This document shows positions 1-11,694 of a stretch of 29,990 nt of DNA, piece after piece. The position numbers and the translations under genes were made by a program. Each line of letters opens with the position of its first letter. Within the stretch, counting starts at the first letter, position 1. The stretch comes from Candidatus Vampirococcus lugosii (GTDB lineage Bacteria; Patescibacteriota; Gracilibacteria; Absconditabacterales; Absconditicoccaceae), in NCBI RefSeq assembly GCF_018420025.1, contig NZ_JAEDAM010000009.1, forward strand, positions 1 to 29,990, given 5' to 3'. The notes below the pieces were generated by a model that saw only the letters and a list, made by a program, of their open reading frames with translations, had not been told where the DNA came from and searched no databases.

Positions 1-205
1 AATTGGAATAAAAAATGATGAGAATTTGATGTTGTTTATGAAAAATAATTAATTTGGAATTATTTAAAATTAATTTATTACTTTTTTTTATGTTATAAAA
101 AAAATAATTTTATCACTAATCTTTTGATTTGTAGTTTTTGTTGTTGCTTATATAAATATAAGTTCATTAAAAAAATAATTTTTAAAATTTAATAATAAAA
201 ATTTA

Positions 206-2287
206 ATGATAGAAAAATATGAAATACCAACACCAGATTATATAAATATTATAAGTAAAGAGCTTAATTTAGAAAATTGACAAGTCCAAACTGTGATTGA
301 GCTTACATCTCAATGAGCAACAGTTCCATTTATTTCTCGTTATAGGAAGGAACAAACTTGAAATTTAGATGAAAATCAAATAAGATCTATTTTGGAAATT
401 CAAAAATTTCAAGAAAATATAAATAAAACAAAACAAACTGCAATAAATTGAATTGCTGAACAAAATAAATTAACTGAAGAGCTTTTATCAAATATACTTG
501 CTTGCAAAACTTTGAAAGAAGTAGAAGAAATATATAAACCTTATAAATCAAAAAGAAAAACAAAAGCTATGATTGCAATAGAAAAATGATTTCAAATAGT
601 GGCAGACAATATTAAATTAAATAAATTAATAATACCAAATGAACTTTTGGAAAAATATAGTCAAGAAGAAATATTGGAATGAGCAGTACAAATAATATGA
701 GCAGAAATAACAGCAAATTTAAGTATTAGACATTTTGTTTTGGATGAATTAAAAAAATATTGAATTATAAAATCTAATAAAAAGTCTGATAAAATGCTTG
801 AAAAACTTAATGAAAAAAATAAAAAACAAATATATAAATTTGAAATATATTTTGAATTTGAAACAAAAATAAAAGATATAAAAGCTTATCAAGTATTGGC
901 ACTAAATAGATGAGAAAAATTATGAATTTTGAATGTTAAAGTAATTAAAGATATTGTAATTCAAGAAAAAACTTTTTCATATTATTTAGATATTTTATGA
1001 TTAAAAGAAAATAAAATAAATGAATTTTTGGAATGATTTAAAATATGATTTGATTCATTATATTCATCTATTGATAGTCAGATAAGAAGTGAATTGAATG
1101 AATTTGCAGAAAATGAATCAATACAAACTTTTCAAAATAATCTTTCCAATTTACTTATGACAAAACCACAGTATTGACAAAAAATATTAGCTATTGATCC
1201 TTGATTTAAAGCAGGTTGTAAAATTGTTTTATTAGATGAATTATGAAATCCATTAAAATTTGATAAAATTTTCTTAAATCAAACAGAATCCTCAAAAGAT
1301 AAAATTAAAAATTTAGTAGAAGAGTTTTGAATAGATGTAATTGTAATATGAAATTGAACATGAACACAAGAAATACAACAAATAGTTTCTGAAATTTTTG
1401 ATAAAGAAATTTATATAGTAAATGAATCTTGAGCATCAGTTTATTCTGTGTCAGATATAGCTATAGAAGAATTTCCCGATTTAAATGATTTGGATAGATG
1501 AACAATTTCTATAGCTAGAAGATATATAGATCCACTTTCTGAGTTGGTAAAAGTTCCAGTATGAAGTATATGAGTTTGACTTTATCAACATGATTTAGCC
1601 AAAAAAAAACTTGAAGAAAAACTTTGATATGTAGTAGAAGATAGTGTAAATAAAGTATGAATAAATGTAAATACAGCAAGTATTTATTTATTAAATCATA
1701 TATCATGAATTGACAAAAAACAAGCAAAAAAAATATATAAAAATAGACCTTATAAAAATAGAAAAAATTTGGAAAAAATATTGTCATCAAAAGTTTATGA
1801 ACAAGCAATATGATTTTTGAGAGTCCCTAAAAGTGATGAAGAACTTGATCAAACTGATATACATCCTGAACAATATGAACTTGCAAAATATATTATCAAA
1901 AATAATAAAAATAAACTTGATGAAAAAATGAAAGAAATATATCCAAGTGTAAATCAAATAACTATTGATTTTATATTAAATTCTTACAAAAATATTGCCA
2001 AAGATCCTAGAGAAAATTTTGCACATACCAAAATAAATAAATCAATAAATATAGATGAATTAAAAGAATGAGATATTTTGGAATGATTGGTAAGAAATGT
2101 AGTTGCTTTTGGTGCTTTTGTTGATATTTGATTAAAAAATGATTGATTAGTACATATATCACATCTATCAAATGAATTTGTAAAAGATCCTATGGATATA
2201 GTAAAAGTATGAGATAAAGTTAAAGTTAAAGTTATAAAAATTGATTTGGAATCTTGAAAAATTAATTTAAGTATGAAAGACTTATAA
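206..2287 (+). CDS. tex: Tex-like transcription accessory protein (Tex N-terminal, YqgF-like, HhH and S1 domains)
   Basis: 693 aa with TGA=Gly, ends TAA. Motifs: GATVPFISRYRKEQTGNLDE near the N-terminus; YqgF-like AIDPGFKAGCKIVLLD and IVIGNGTGTQE; SIGVGLYQHD; C-terminal S1 domain [29 protein letters not shown]. Standard-code fragment 1817..2071 is in the same frame (start mod 3 = 2). Confidence 0.9.
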
Positions 2288-2354
2288 TTTTTTATATATT
2301 AAATTACTTCTCTTTATTATCTTTCAAAAGTTTTTTTCAAAAAAATACAATTTT

Positions 2355-2405
2355 AAATATAATAAGAATTTTTACAATATCCAAAATATAATAAGAATTT
2401 TACAA
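2355..2405. repeat. Two tandem direct copies of AAATATAATAAGAATTTT(T)ACAA in a 389-nt intergenic spacer
   Basis: Copy 1 is 2355-2377 and copy 2 is 2384-2405. They are identical except for one extra T, with a 6-nt gap between them. Confidence 0.6.
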
Positions 2406-2489
2406 ATTTAAGTTTATTATTTCTTTTATTAATATTTTGATATAAAAAATTTATAATATAATTTTTAATAATATTAGCAAAGATAGAAT

Positions 2490-2515
2490 CTTATAATTTT
2501 ATTATAAGTTTTTTT
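2490..2515 (+). terminator. Hairpin plus T-tract (terminator-like) in the middle of the tex-downstream spacer
   Basis: CTTATAAT (2490-2497), loop TTT, ATTATAAG (2501-2508), then TTTTTTT. The 8-bp stem has only one G:C pair, so it is weak. Confidence 0.3.
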
Positions 2516-2676
2516 ATTAATCTATGGAGTGCATAAATTGTATTTTTTTTGAAAGATATTTAATATTTAAATTTTCAATTTTTGATTGATTAATTAATAT
2601 TAAGTTTTTTATATTTGACATAAAAAAAAATGAATATATAATAATATATTATTTTATATTAAAAATAAAAATAAAA

Positions 2677-3777
2677 ATGATTTCATATAAAGAAATAAAT
2701 TATATAATTGATTTATTTAGAGAAGTTGAAAGTTCAATATCAGAAATTGATTTTTTTGATTGTAAATCAAATAATAATTTTTTATATAGTTTTTTGTATA
2801 TTATAAATTTTAGACAATTTATTATAAATAAAATTTATGAAAATAAAAATATGAGATTTTATTTAAATGTTTTTAATTTTCAAAAAAATTTTAATAGTTT
2901 AGACGATATTGAAAATATTATTAAAAATAACAATATATTTGAAATTGATTTTGATAAAAATAATTTACATAAAATATATTCAAAAAATTTAGTAACTATA
3001 AGTTTTTTTATTAGATATTTAGAAAATAATAATATATTAAACTTAAATAATTTATTTTTAAAAAAACTATCTTTTTATGAATTTGAAAAATTTAAAAAAA
3101 ATAAAATAATAAATTATAAAAATCCTATATATGATTTTTATAAAAATAAATTTCTATGGAAAAATAATTTTGATAAATTTTTTGATGAAAAATATGAAGA
3201 AGTAAAAATTGAATATAAAGATAAACTTAAAAATAAAAAAGATATATGATATACTGAATATAAATTGATGCGACTTTATAATTATAATATACTTTATAAA
3301 TCTTATCAAAGTATAAATAATTTTAATTTTATAAAATATTTTATAGCAAAATATATATTTGATATATGAAATTATTTTAAATATAATTCAAATCAAATTA
3401 AATTTTTGTATTTATTTCATTTTTGTAAAAATTATGAACAATATAAAAAATTTCATAGTTTGTTTTATAAAAAAATCTCTCAAAAAAAAATTGATTTATA
3501 TCTAATTTGATTTTTTTCTTTTGTGTGAATATTTACTGCTTATTTTATAAATTTTAATATTTGATTTTTTGTTTTCTTAATAATTTTTGTTGTAATAATT
3601 ATAGGAATATATTCATATAAAAGAAATTTTTTATCAATTTTGCCTACAATAAGAGCTATTTGTTTATGATGAATATTAATTTCTGTAATTTATTTTTGAT
3701 ACGAAATAAATATAAATTTTAGTAAAGATAGTTTATTAAATATGACTGTAAATATATTGTCTTGAAAAAATAAATAA
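2677..3777 (+). CDS. Hypothetical membrane protein: Asn/Lys/Phe-rich N-terminal half, C-terminal transmembrane helices
   Basis: 366 aa. Standard-code ORF 2677..3249 continues in frame through several TGA codons to TAA at 3775. Hydrophobic helices include GFFSFVGIFTAYFINFNIGFFVFLIIFVVIIIGIY and AICLGGILISVIYFGY. No family recognised. In-frame CGA at 3271. Confidence 0.6.
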
Positions 3778-3920
3778 TTTTTTGCTTACAAAGATGAGTT
3801 TAATATTGTTGACACAATAAAAAAAGCTTGATCTTGTATTTTTTAAAAAAATCATTATAATGAAATTTATAATTTATTTTTTGTAATTATTTTTTTATAA
3901 CTAAATATTCATAATATATA

Positions 3921-4496
3921 ATGAATGAGAATTTTAATAAAAAAATATTCATAATATCAGGTCCTTCTGGTGTATGAAAAACTACTATTTGAAATTATGT
4001 AATAGATGCAGATGATCTTGATTTTGAAAAAATTATTACTACTACAACTAGGGAGCCAAGAGCAGATGAATTTTATTGAATACATTATTATTTTGTTGAT
4101 GATGAAAAATTTAAAAGACAGATTGAAGCTTGAAAATTTATTGAATATGCATTAGTTCATTGAAAATATTATGGTTCTACATATGAAGAATTAGATAGAA
4201 TTTTTTCAGATTGAAAAATTCCTTTTTATATAGTAGATCATCAATGAGCAGTTTTTCTAAAAGAAAAATTATCAAAAGAATATATTGTAAAATTGATTTT
4301 ATTAGTTCCACCAAATGAAGATGAATTAATAAATAGATTAAAACAAAGATGAACTGAATCTGAAGAGGAAATAAAAATAAGATTACAAGATTCTAAAAAA
4401 CAATTACAATACAAGGATGTTTATGATTATCAAATTGTCAATAATGATTTGGAAGATGCTATTGAAAAATTTATTAAAATAATTAATAATGATTAG
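3921..4496 (+). CDS. gmk: Guanylate kinase
   Basis: 191 aa. P-loop GPSGVGKTT, whose second Gly is TGA at 3975-3977. Also TTTTREPRADEFYGIHYYF, GKFIEYALVHGKYYGST and RGTESEEEIKIRL. 8 of 11 Gly codons are TGA. Ends TAG. Confidence 0.92.
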
Positions 4497-4528
4497 TTAG
4501 TTTTAATAAATTAAATTTTTTTATTTTG

Positions 4529-5941
4529 ATGGAGTTCAAAAAATATATAATAGTTTGAGTTTTATGATTGTTGTTGACTTTATGATTATGAATTTTTGTT
4601 TTTAAAGAACATTATGAATCAAATAAATTAAATGATTCAAATTTTTCTTATATTCCATCAAATTTTTCACAAGTATTTCATATAAACTTTGATGATAATC
4701 TATATTGATTCTTGGATGAAGCACCTGATGATATTTATGGTAGTCAAAATATTGTTGAAATATCTGATGGTTTAAATAGTGTTACTGCATATCAATGATC
4801 TTTGGATTGAAGTGATATATCGTTTATGATTTTTGATGTGCAAGATGATTTTGATTTTCAAAATTTATTAGATTCATGATTTTTGTATAAAGATTGAGAT
4901 TATGTTTATGAAAATATATCTAATAATAAATATATATATATAAAAGAATCTTTACTTGATTTGTTTTTGAATTATACTTGAAAAAGTATGGATGATTTAA
5001 GTTCATTGTCTTCGTATATTCAAGATTTAAAAAGTTCCAAAAAAAATATTTGACTTTTTTCAGAACCTAATGTAGAAAGTATTACTCAAACTAATTTTAA
5101 TTCTATATTTCCTTATTTGGATGATTTGGGTTATACTATATCTACTGCTAGACTTTCAAATAAAGATTTTGATTGATCAATCTCAGTTCTTTTTGATGAA
5201 AATATTGATCTTTTTCAAGATTATGAATTTGAATCTAAATATTCAGATAATTTGTTGGAAGATACTATAGCTTATCTTGAAGTTTGATCAATAACTGATT
5301 TGATATGAACTGATTCTATATGAGTTGATCTTAAAACATTAATAATGTCTATTGAATTATCACTTGAAGAATATTTTTGAGATTTATGATTATGACTTAC
5401 TGATTCAAATTATTCTGATTTGTGAAAGTCTTTATCCTCAAATATTTGATTAGTTGTAAATAAATGAAATAATGAAATGGGTGTATGAGCTAGGATTATA
5501 TTTGATGATATTTGAGTGTATAATGTTTTGGATGTATTTTTTCCATTTATTGTTCAATTTATTGAAGATTTAGATATTGAGTGAGAAATTTCAAAATTTA
5601 CTTGAGATAACGAATTTTGAATTAATTTCAATATACCTTATGTTTGATTAGTTGCTTTGGAGTCAAATATTATTGTATCTAATGATTGAGAAAGGACATA
5701 TATAGATATATTGGAGCCCAAATTGGATTCTGAATCAATAGATTTTGATTATAATAAATCTTCTATTTTATCTTATTATTTAAATTTATCAAATTTGTTT
5801 GATATAATGTATCCTGTTGGGTGATTCCAAGAATTCTGATTTACTAAAGAACAATTTGAATTTTTTCAAGATAAAAAAGTATTTTGAAATTTAGATATTG
5901 ATTGAAATAAAATAATATTTAATTTTAATTTAAAAAATTAA
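4529..5941 (+). CDS. Hypothetical acidic exported or membrane-anchored protein (single N-terminal hydrophobic helix)
   Basis: 470 aa, continuous frame with many TGA=Gly, ends TAA. N-terminus MEFKKYIIVGVLGLLLTLGLGIFVF followed by a long Asp/Glu/Ser/Asn-rich domain. No family recognised. Confidence 0.65.
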
Positions 5942-5942
5942 T

Positions 5943-6206
5943 ATGGCTATATATTTAAATACTATATTAAAAAATTATTTAATTTTTTGATTTGCTCTGG
6001 CAATATTTGTAGTATTATTATTTAATAGTATTTTTAATACTGAATTTGTTGATTTTTTAACTTTTTTTTATGGAGATATATTGTTTTGAGATAAATCTAA
6101 TCAAATAAATTTAATGGATTTTTTTAAAATATTGTTAATACTTATTATTGAAATAAGTTTAATTGGTTCTTTTTTTAGTTTTATAATAAAAAAATTATTT
6201 AATTAA
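5943..6206 (+). CDS. Small hypothetical membrane protein
   Basis: 87 aa. Starts 2 nt after the previous stop. Two hydrophobic segments: LIFGFALAIFVVLLF and ILLILIIEISLIGSFFSFII. Confidence 0.5.
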
Positions 6207-6210
6207 AAAT

Positions 6211-6444
6211 ATGAAAATTCGCATTAAAGTTAATTTATTTTCAAAAAAAGATTTGATTTTATATCAATGAAAAGATATTTTTGGATTAGATTATTATATA
6301 GTGTATACTAAATCTAAACCTATATGATGACAAGCAAATAAATCAATTATTAACTTAATATCTAAATATTTTGATAAAAATAAATCTGATGTCTTTATTA
6401 AATCTTGATTTAAATCAAAAGAAAAAATCATTGAAATAAAATAA
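6211..6444 (+). CDS. DUF167 (YggU/UPF0235) family protein
   Basis: 77 aa. KPIGGQANKSIINLISKYFDKNKSDVFIKSGFKSKEKIIEI parallels the YggU core PPVDGQAN..L..FL.....s.v.i..G..sr.K.i.i. Both Gly of GGQAN are TGA. Confidence 0.75.
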
Positions 6445-6495
6445 ATTAATATTATAATGCATATATAATTATTTATATTACTTAAATATTGATTT

Positions 6496-6822
6496 ATGAA
6501 AATACTAACTACTTTTGTTGTTGCATTTATTATTTGATATTTGTTTTGAGCATATTCATCATTTAGTATATTGGTTGATTTTACTTCTGAAACAGCAAAA
6601 AATTTATTTGATGAATCCATACAAGAATTATATACTTGAGATAATCAATTAGTAGATTGAGATTTTGATGTAAATATTTCATCTTATTTGGATCAACAAA
6701 AAGAAAAATTAATAAATAATTTTAATGAAGAAGTTGCAAAAGCTAAAGAAAATTTATATAGTCAGCTTAGAAATTATTTGCAATCCAAAATTGATGAATT
6801 GTTTACAAGTTCTGAAAATTAA
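6496..6822 (+). CDS. Small hypothetical membrane-anchored protein with a helical acidic C-terminus
   Basis: 108 aa. N-terminal helix MKILTTFVVAFIIGYLFGAY, then a coiled-coil-like tail (QQKEKLINNFNEEVAKAKENLYSQLRNYLQSKIDEL). Confidence 0.5.
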
Positions 6823-6856
6823 ATAATATTTTATATAATAACTTTAAATTAACCTT

Positions 6857-7969
6857 ATGTTATACATAATATTGTGAATTGTTTTGTTAATTATGATACT
6901 TATTATATTTTTATATAATATATGGAAAGATGAGGATTTGTTGGATAATAATGAATCTGGTACTCAAGATGAATTTGTTGAAAAATTAAAAAATAGTTCT
7001 ATTGATAAAAAAATATTTTTTGATGGTTTAAAAAATTTAGATATAAAAAATGAAACTGTAATATCTTTAAAAAATGAAATAAATAAATCTATAGTTGGTA
7101 TGGATGAATTTATTAATTCTATTTTGATTAATGTATTTACATGATGACATTTATTAGTTGAATGACCTCCATGATTGGCAAAGACCAAAACAATAACAAG
7201 TATATCTAAAATTATGAGTTTTAGTTCAAAAAGAATTCAATTTACTCCTGATATGCTCCCCGCTGATATTATGTGAGTAGAAATTTTTAATACGAAAACT
7301 AATGATTTTGAAATAAAAAAATGACCTGTATTTACAAATATTTTGTTGGCTGATGAGATAAATAGAACTACTCCCAAAGTTCAATCGGCATTATTGGAAT
7401 CTATGCAAGAAAAACAAGTTAGTATTTGATGAGAAACATTTAATTTGCCTTATCCATTTTTTGTTCTTGCAACACAAAATCCTATTGAGCAAGAATGAAC
7501 TTATCAACTTCCAGAAGCTCAATTAGATAGATTTTTGATGAAAGTTATAGTTGATTATCCAAATATAAAAGATGAAAATAATGTATTGAATGTATTAGAA
7601 AACGAAAATAATATATCTTTACAAAAAATAATAAGTATATGAGATTTTGAAGAAATAAAATCAGAAATTGAGGATATAGTTATTAGTGATGATATAAAAG
7701 ATTATATTGTAAGATTAGTGAATTCAACTAGAAAAAAGGACGAAAGAGTATTGTATGGTGCTAGTCCTAGATGATCAATATCACTTATGAATGCATCAAA
7801 AACACTCGCTTATATTTTATGAAGAGATTATGTTATTCATGAAGATATTCAAAAATTAGCATTATTAGTTTTGAGACACAGGGTAATTCTTACTTATGAT
7901 GCCATAGTTGATGGACTTAATGTTGATGATGTTGTTTGTGATATGTTAAGTAAAGTTAGTTTGGAATAA
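6857..7969 (+). CDS. MoxR-family AAA+ ATPase with an extra N-terminal hydrophobic helix
   Basis: 370 aa. Walker A GGHLLVEGPPGLAKT (TGA-coded Gly at 7142, 7145, 7163, 7172). Walker [52 protein letters not shown]-terminal GASPRGSISL. N-terminus [23 protein letters not shown]. An alternative in-frame ATG at 6893 keeps most of this helix. Confidence 0.88.
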
Positions 7970-7994
7970 TTTATAATTTCAGTGTTTCAAGATT

Positions 7995-8026
7995 AAAACA
8001 ATAATTTTTTATTGTTTTTTTGTTTT
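7995..8026 (+). terminator. Hairpin plus T-tract downstream of the MoxR gene
   Basis: AAAACAATAA (7995-8004), loop TTTT, TTATTGTTTT (8009-8018), followed by a T-rich run. The 10-bp stem is AT-rich. Confidence 0.45.
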
Positions 8027-8284
8027 TATATATTACATAAATTTTATAATATTATTATAAAAAATTTAAATATTTTTTCTTGATTTTATTCATTATAAAT
8101 AATAACTTCCTAATTAAGATATAGCAATATTTAATATTATTTTTATTTATGAAGTTGAATTTAATATTATTTGTATATAAAATATATTTAAATTTTTGCA
8201 AAAAAAATAATTATATATATAATATACTTATAATATTTTCCTTAAGAAATATTTATTTAAATAAATTAAAATAATAATTATATT

Positions 8285-8602
8285 ATGAATAATTATGAAA
8301 AAAAACAAAAAATTATTGAAATTTTGGAAAAAGATGAAGATAAAAAGATTTATAATTTTTTTGTAAAAAATATTGATAAAATATCAGATGAAGATATTGA
8401 TGATATATATACATCTTTTACTACGGATGATAAAAATAAAATAAATGAAATTATAAAAAAAGATAATGAAAAGCTTAGTGAATTAATCTTAAAATTGGAA
8501 GAAATAGATACAAAAATAATAAAAAAAATATTACAACATAAAGAAGAAAACGAATCTCAAGAAGATATGGAAAATATTGAAAATTTATTTGATAAAATAT
8601 AA
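8285..8602 (+). CDS. Hypothetical small acidic coiled-coil protein
   Basis: 105-aa ORF intact even in the standard code (ATG to TAA). Very Asp/Glu/Lys-rich. No family recognised. Confidence 0.55.
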   Translation: MNNYEKKQKIIEILEKDEDKKIYNFFVKNIDKISDEDIDDIYTSFTTDDKNKINEIIKKDNEKLSELILKLEEIDTKIIKKILQHKEENESQEDMENIENLFDKI

Positions 8603-8609
8603 ACATAAA

Positions 8610-10253
8610 ATGACAATAGATAATTTTTCAGAAAATACTAGAAAAGCGGATGAATTTTTGGATAATTTGGAAACAGAAACTAAAGATTCTATAAGTGAAT
8701 CATTAAAGGTTGAAACAGAACATGCAATACCAGATATTGATTATGAAATAGAATTATATAAAAATGCATATAAAAAATTATCAGAGATGGAACAGAAATT
8801 TTGAGAAGCATTATGAGACTATTCTTTTGATCATTATGATTGAGAATTAGATACTAAATATAGTTATACTGAATTTGAAAAACTTGCAAGAGGTTTAAGA
8901 CAAGAATTAATAGATTTACAAAATACTAAAGAAGATATAGGTTTTCTTGAATATAAAGCTTCTGTAATATGAAGAAAAACATGATTGTATAAAAATCCTT
9001 TAAATTTTGATTATCTTTTATCAGAAAAACTTGGTAAAGAAACTAAACAAGAAAAACTATTTAATAAGATGGTTGATAAGTTGTTAGATGTTGAACGAGA
9101 AGTAAAAAACCATATAGTTAAAAGTTTAGAAACAGATTGAAAGTTGCCTGAAAGAGAAACAAAAATTAATTCGGATATTGAAAATTTAGAGTTTGAGACA
9201 GATTTATGAAGAATAAAATTTTCAGAAATTGAAGATTATGAACCTGAAACAACTACAGAAAAAATTGATTTATGGCGAAGTCAAAGAGAATATTTTGAAT
9301 GACCTGATTTAGTTATTGATTTGGGGCTTGATAAAGATGAAAATGAATCTAATATTGATGCAACAGATATTAATGAATTTACTGATTTACTTGTAAACTT
9401 ATTGGAAGAGAATCCAAATGTTTTGAAAGAGCTTGAAATACAAGATATTTATAATTTGTCTCCAAAAGAAGCTATTTTACTTTCATCAAAAATAGTTAAA
9501 GATAAATTAGAATTTTCTCTAACTAAAAGTTCTATTGATAAAAATGTAAATAATGATTGATTATTAAGACAATTTATTTGACTAATTAATACAGATTGGA
9601 TAAGTGATTATAAATTAAATGAAAGTGTTCTATCAAAATTACCACAAGAAATGCAAGATGAAATTAGAGAAAATCCTAAAGAAGCATACAAAAAATATTC
9701 TTCTGAGATAGATCAAGTATCTATGAACGAACTTTTTGAATCAAATAGTGAAGTAAGTTCCAAAAATTATTCACAAGCTGTAAAATTAGTTTTTGATATA
9801 CTTAAAGAAATGCAAGATCCAGATACAACACAATTGAAAAATACTTACTGTAAACAACATACAATAGATCTTTGAGAATTTGATGATTCAGAAATTGTTA
9901 GTAGTAGTTGGAATACTTTTTATACAATATCACCACATTATAGAAGTAATGTTGATGTAGTAATAATTGATGCAGCACATGCAGATTCTTGATTAGAACT
10001 TGATTGAAAAATTTCTTATTCTGAAGATAAATTTTTATTTAATTTAATTAATTTGGAAAAACAAGGTCTAATTTCAAAAGAAGAAAAAATTTATCAATTG
10101 GAATATTGGGCAAAATATAATGAAAATCGACAAACTCCTTTATACAAAAGTGTTTGTTCTTATATCGCAAATTATTATAAAGAAATATGAGAAACATATA
10201 AATATTTGAAATGGATGTGATATACAGATACTGAAAAAGAATATAATATATAA
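8610..10253 (+). CDS. Hypothetical large acidic protein (orphan)
   Basis: 547 aa. Standard-code fragments 8577, 9321 and 9651 are all in frame 0 and are joined only by TGA codons. Checked codon by codon with no TAA or TAG until 10251. Contains three in-frame CGA codons (9096, 9276, 10128). Confidence 0.7.
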
Positions 10254-10289
10254 AAAAATTTAATTTTAATAATTTAAATTTATAAAATA

Positions 10290-11417
10290 ATGTATAGGCA
10301 ATCTAATTTATTTTTGGAAAAAATTATAAAAGAAAATATTAATAATTTATGAAAAATAAATTGAATATCTATAATTATAGTTTCTCATATTTTGCCAGAT
10401 AAATTAGATTTTATACAAATATTATCAAAATATTTCAAAATTGAGTTTATAATTCCTAAACCTAAATCAATAGATAAAAATACTTTTGATAAACTTAAAA
10501 ATGAATTTGATATTTTACAAATAACGAGAGATGAAATATATAAAAATCAAGAAATTATTTTTGAGAAAATAAAAAATATACAAAATAAAATAATCATCAT
10601 AGATATATGATGATATTTTTCAAAAATAATAAAAAAATTAGAAGAAAAATTTAATAATAAAATTATATGAATAATTGAAGACACTGAAAATTGACATCAA
10701 AAATATGAAAAAATAATAAAAAATATTTCAATTCCTATAATATCGGTAGCAAGAAGTGTTTTGAAAAATTGAGAAGATTTTTTAATATGACAATCTATAG
10801 TTTTTTCTACAGATTATGTTTTGAGATTAAATAATATTTTATTGCATAATAAATATGCTGGTATAATTTGATTTTGAAAAATATGAAAAAGTATTGCAAT
10901 TGATCTAAAATGAAAAAATATTCAATTATGAATTAATGATATAAATCCATATAAATGAATAGAAGTATTAACTTATTGATATAATTTTTTGAGTAAAGAA
11001 GAATTATTTACAAAATCAGACATTATATTTTTGGCAACATGAAATTATTGACTTAAATGAGAAGATTTTGAAAATCTAAAAAATAATGTTATTTTGGCAT
11101 CCGTTACCTCATCAGATGATGAAATAAATATAAATTATTTAATAGAAAATTTTGAAACTAAAATTATAAACGAATATACAACAAAATATACAAAAAATTG
11201 AAAAAATATTTATTTATTATATTGATGAAATGCAATAAATTTTATAAATAATGCTGTAGTTTGAGAATTTATATATTTAGTACAAGCAGAAATTATTCAT
11301 ATAATATTTAAATTATACAAAAAAAATTGATTAAATAATGAAAATAATTCTATATATAGTATAGAAAATAACGAAAAAATATATATTCCTCAACTTTGGC
11401 TAAAATATTTTATATAA
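10290..11417 (+). CDS. Adenosylhomocysteinase-fold (AdoHcyase-like) NAD-binding protein, divergent paralog
   Basis: 375 aa. Colinear with SAHH landmarks: IIDIGGYF vs ilDDGGDl; GIIEDTENGHQKY vs GvSEETTTGvhRL; IPIISVARSVLKNGEDFLIGQS vs fPAInVNDSvTKSKFDNlYGcr; Rossmann GIIGFGKIGKSIA vs vvGYGdvGKGcA; LATGNYGL vs tTTGN; LLYGGNAINF vs LLaeGRLVNL. The GHFD His is replaced (VTSSDDEI). Confidence 0.55.
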
Positions 11418-11694
11418 AGTAATATATTATCTTGAAGATAATTCATAAAGAAACAGAAAATTTACTATACAAAGATGAAAGATTAAAATATTTTCTCTTA
11501 AAAAATATTCTGTATAATTTTTATTTTGATATATTATGTTTGTCATTAAATTACATTTTAATATTGTTTATTACATATTACTTATTAAATTTTTATAGGA
11601 ATTATATAATAAAAATAATAAAAATAATAAAAATCTTCTTTAAAAATAGTTTTATTTCTTTATATATATTTTTATTTATTTTTTTATTTAAAAA

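Noticed and set aside
1-48. Possible 3' end of an upstream + strand CDS (...NWNKKGGEFDVVYEK*)
   Set aside because: Only 15 codons are visible and there is no recognisable motif, so it cannot be supported as a feature.
1515-1808. 97-aa - strand ORF from the supplied track
   Set aside because: It lies antisense inside the well-supported tex gene and has a low-complexity Phe/Leu/Tyr/Ile composition typical of the shadow frame of AT-rich coding DNA. The same reasoning applies to - strand ORFs 6964..7188, 15407..15619, 15912..16127 and 16925..17107.
6294-6620. 108-aa - strand ORF spanning the DUF167 gene and the start of the next gene
   Set aside because: It is antisense to two + strand genes, one of which (DUF167) has a clear family signature. 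It has no homology signal of its own.
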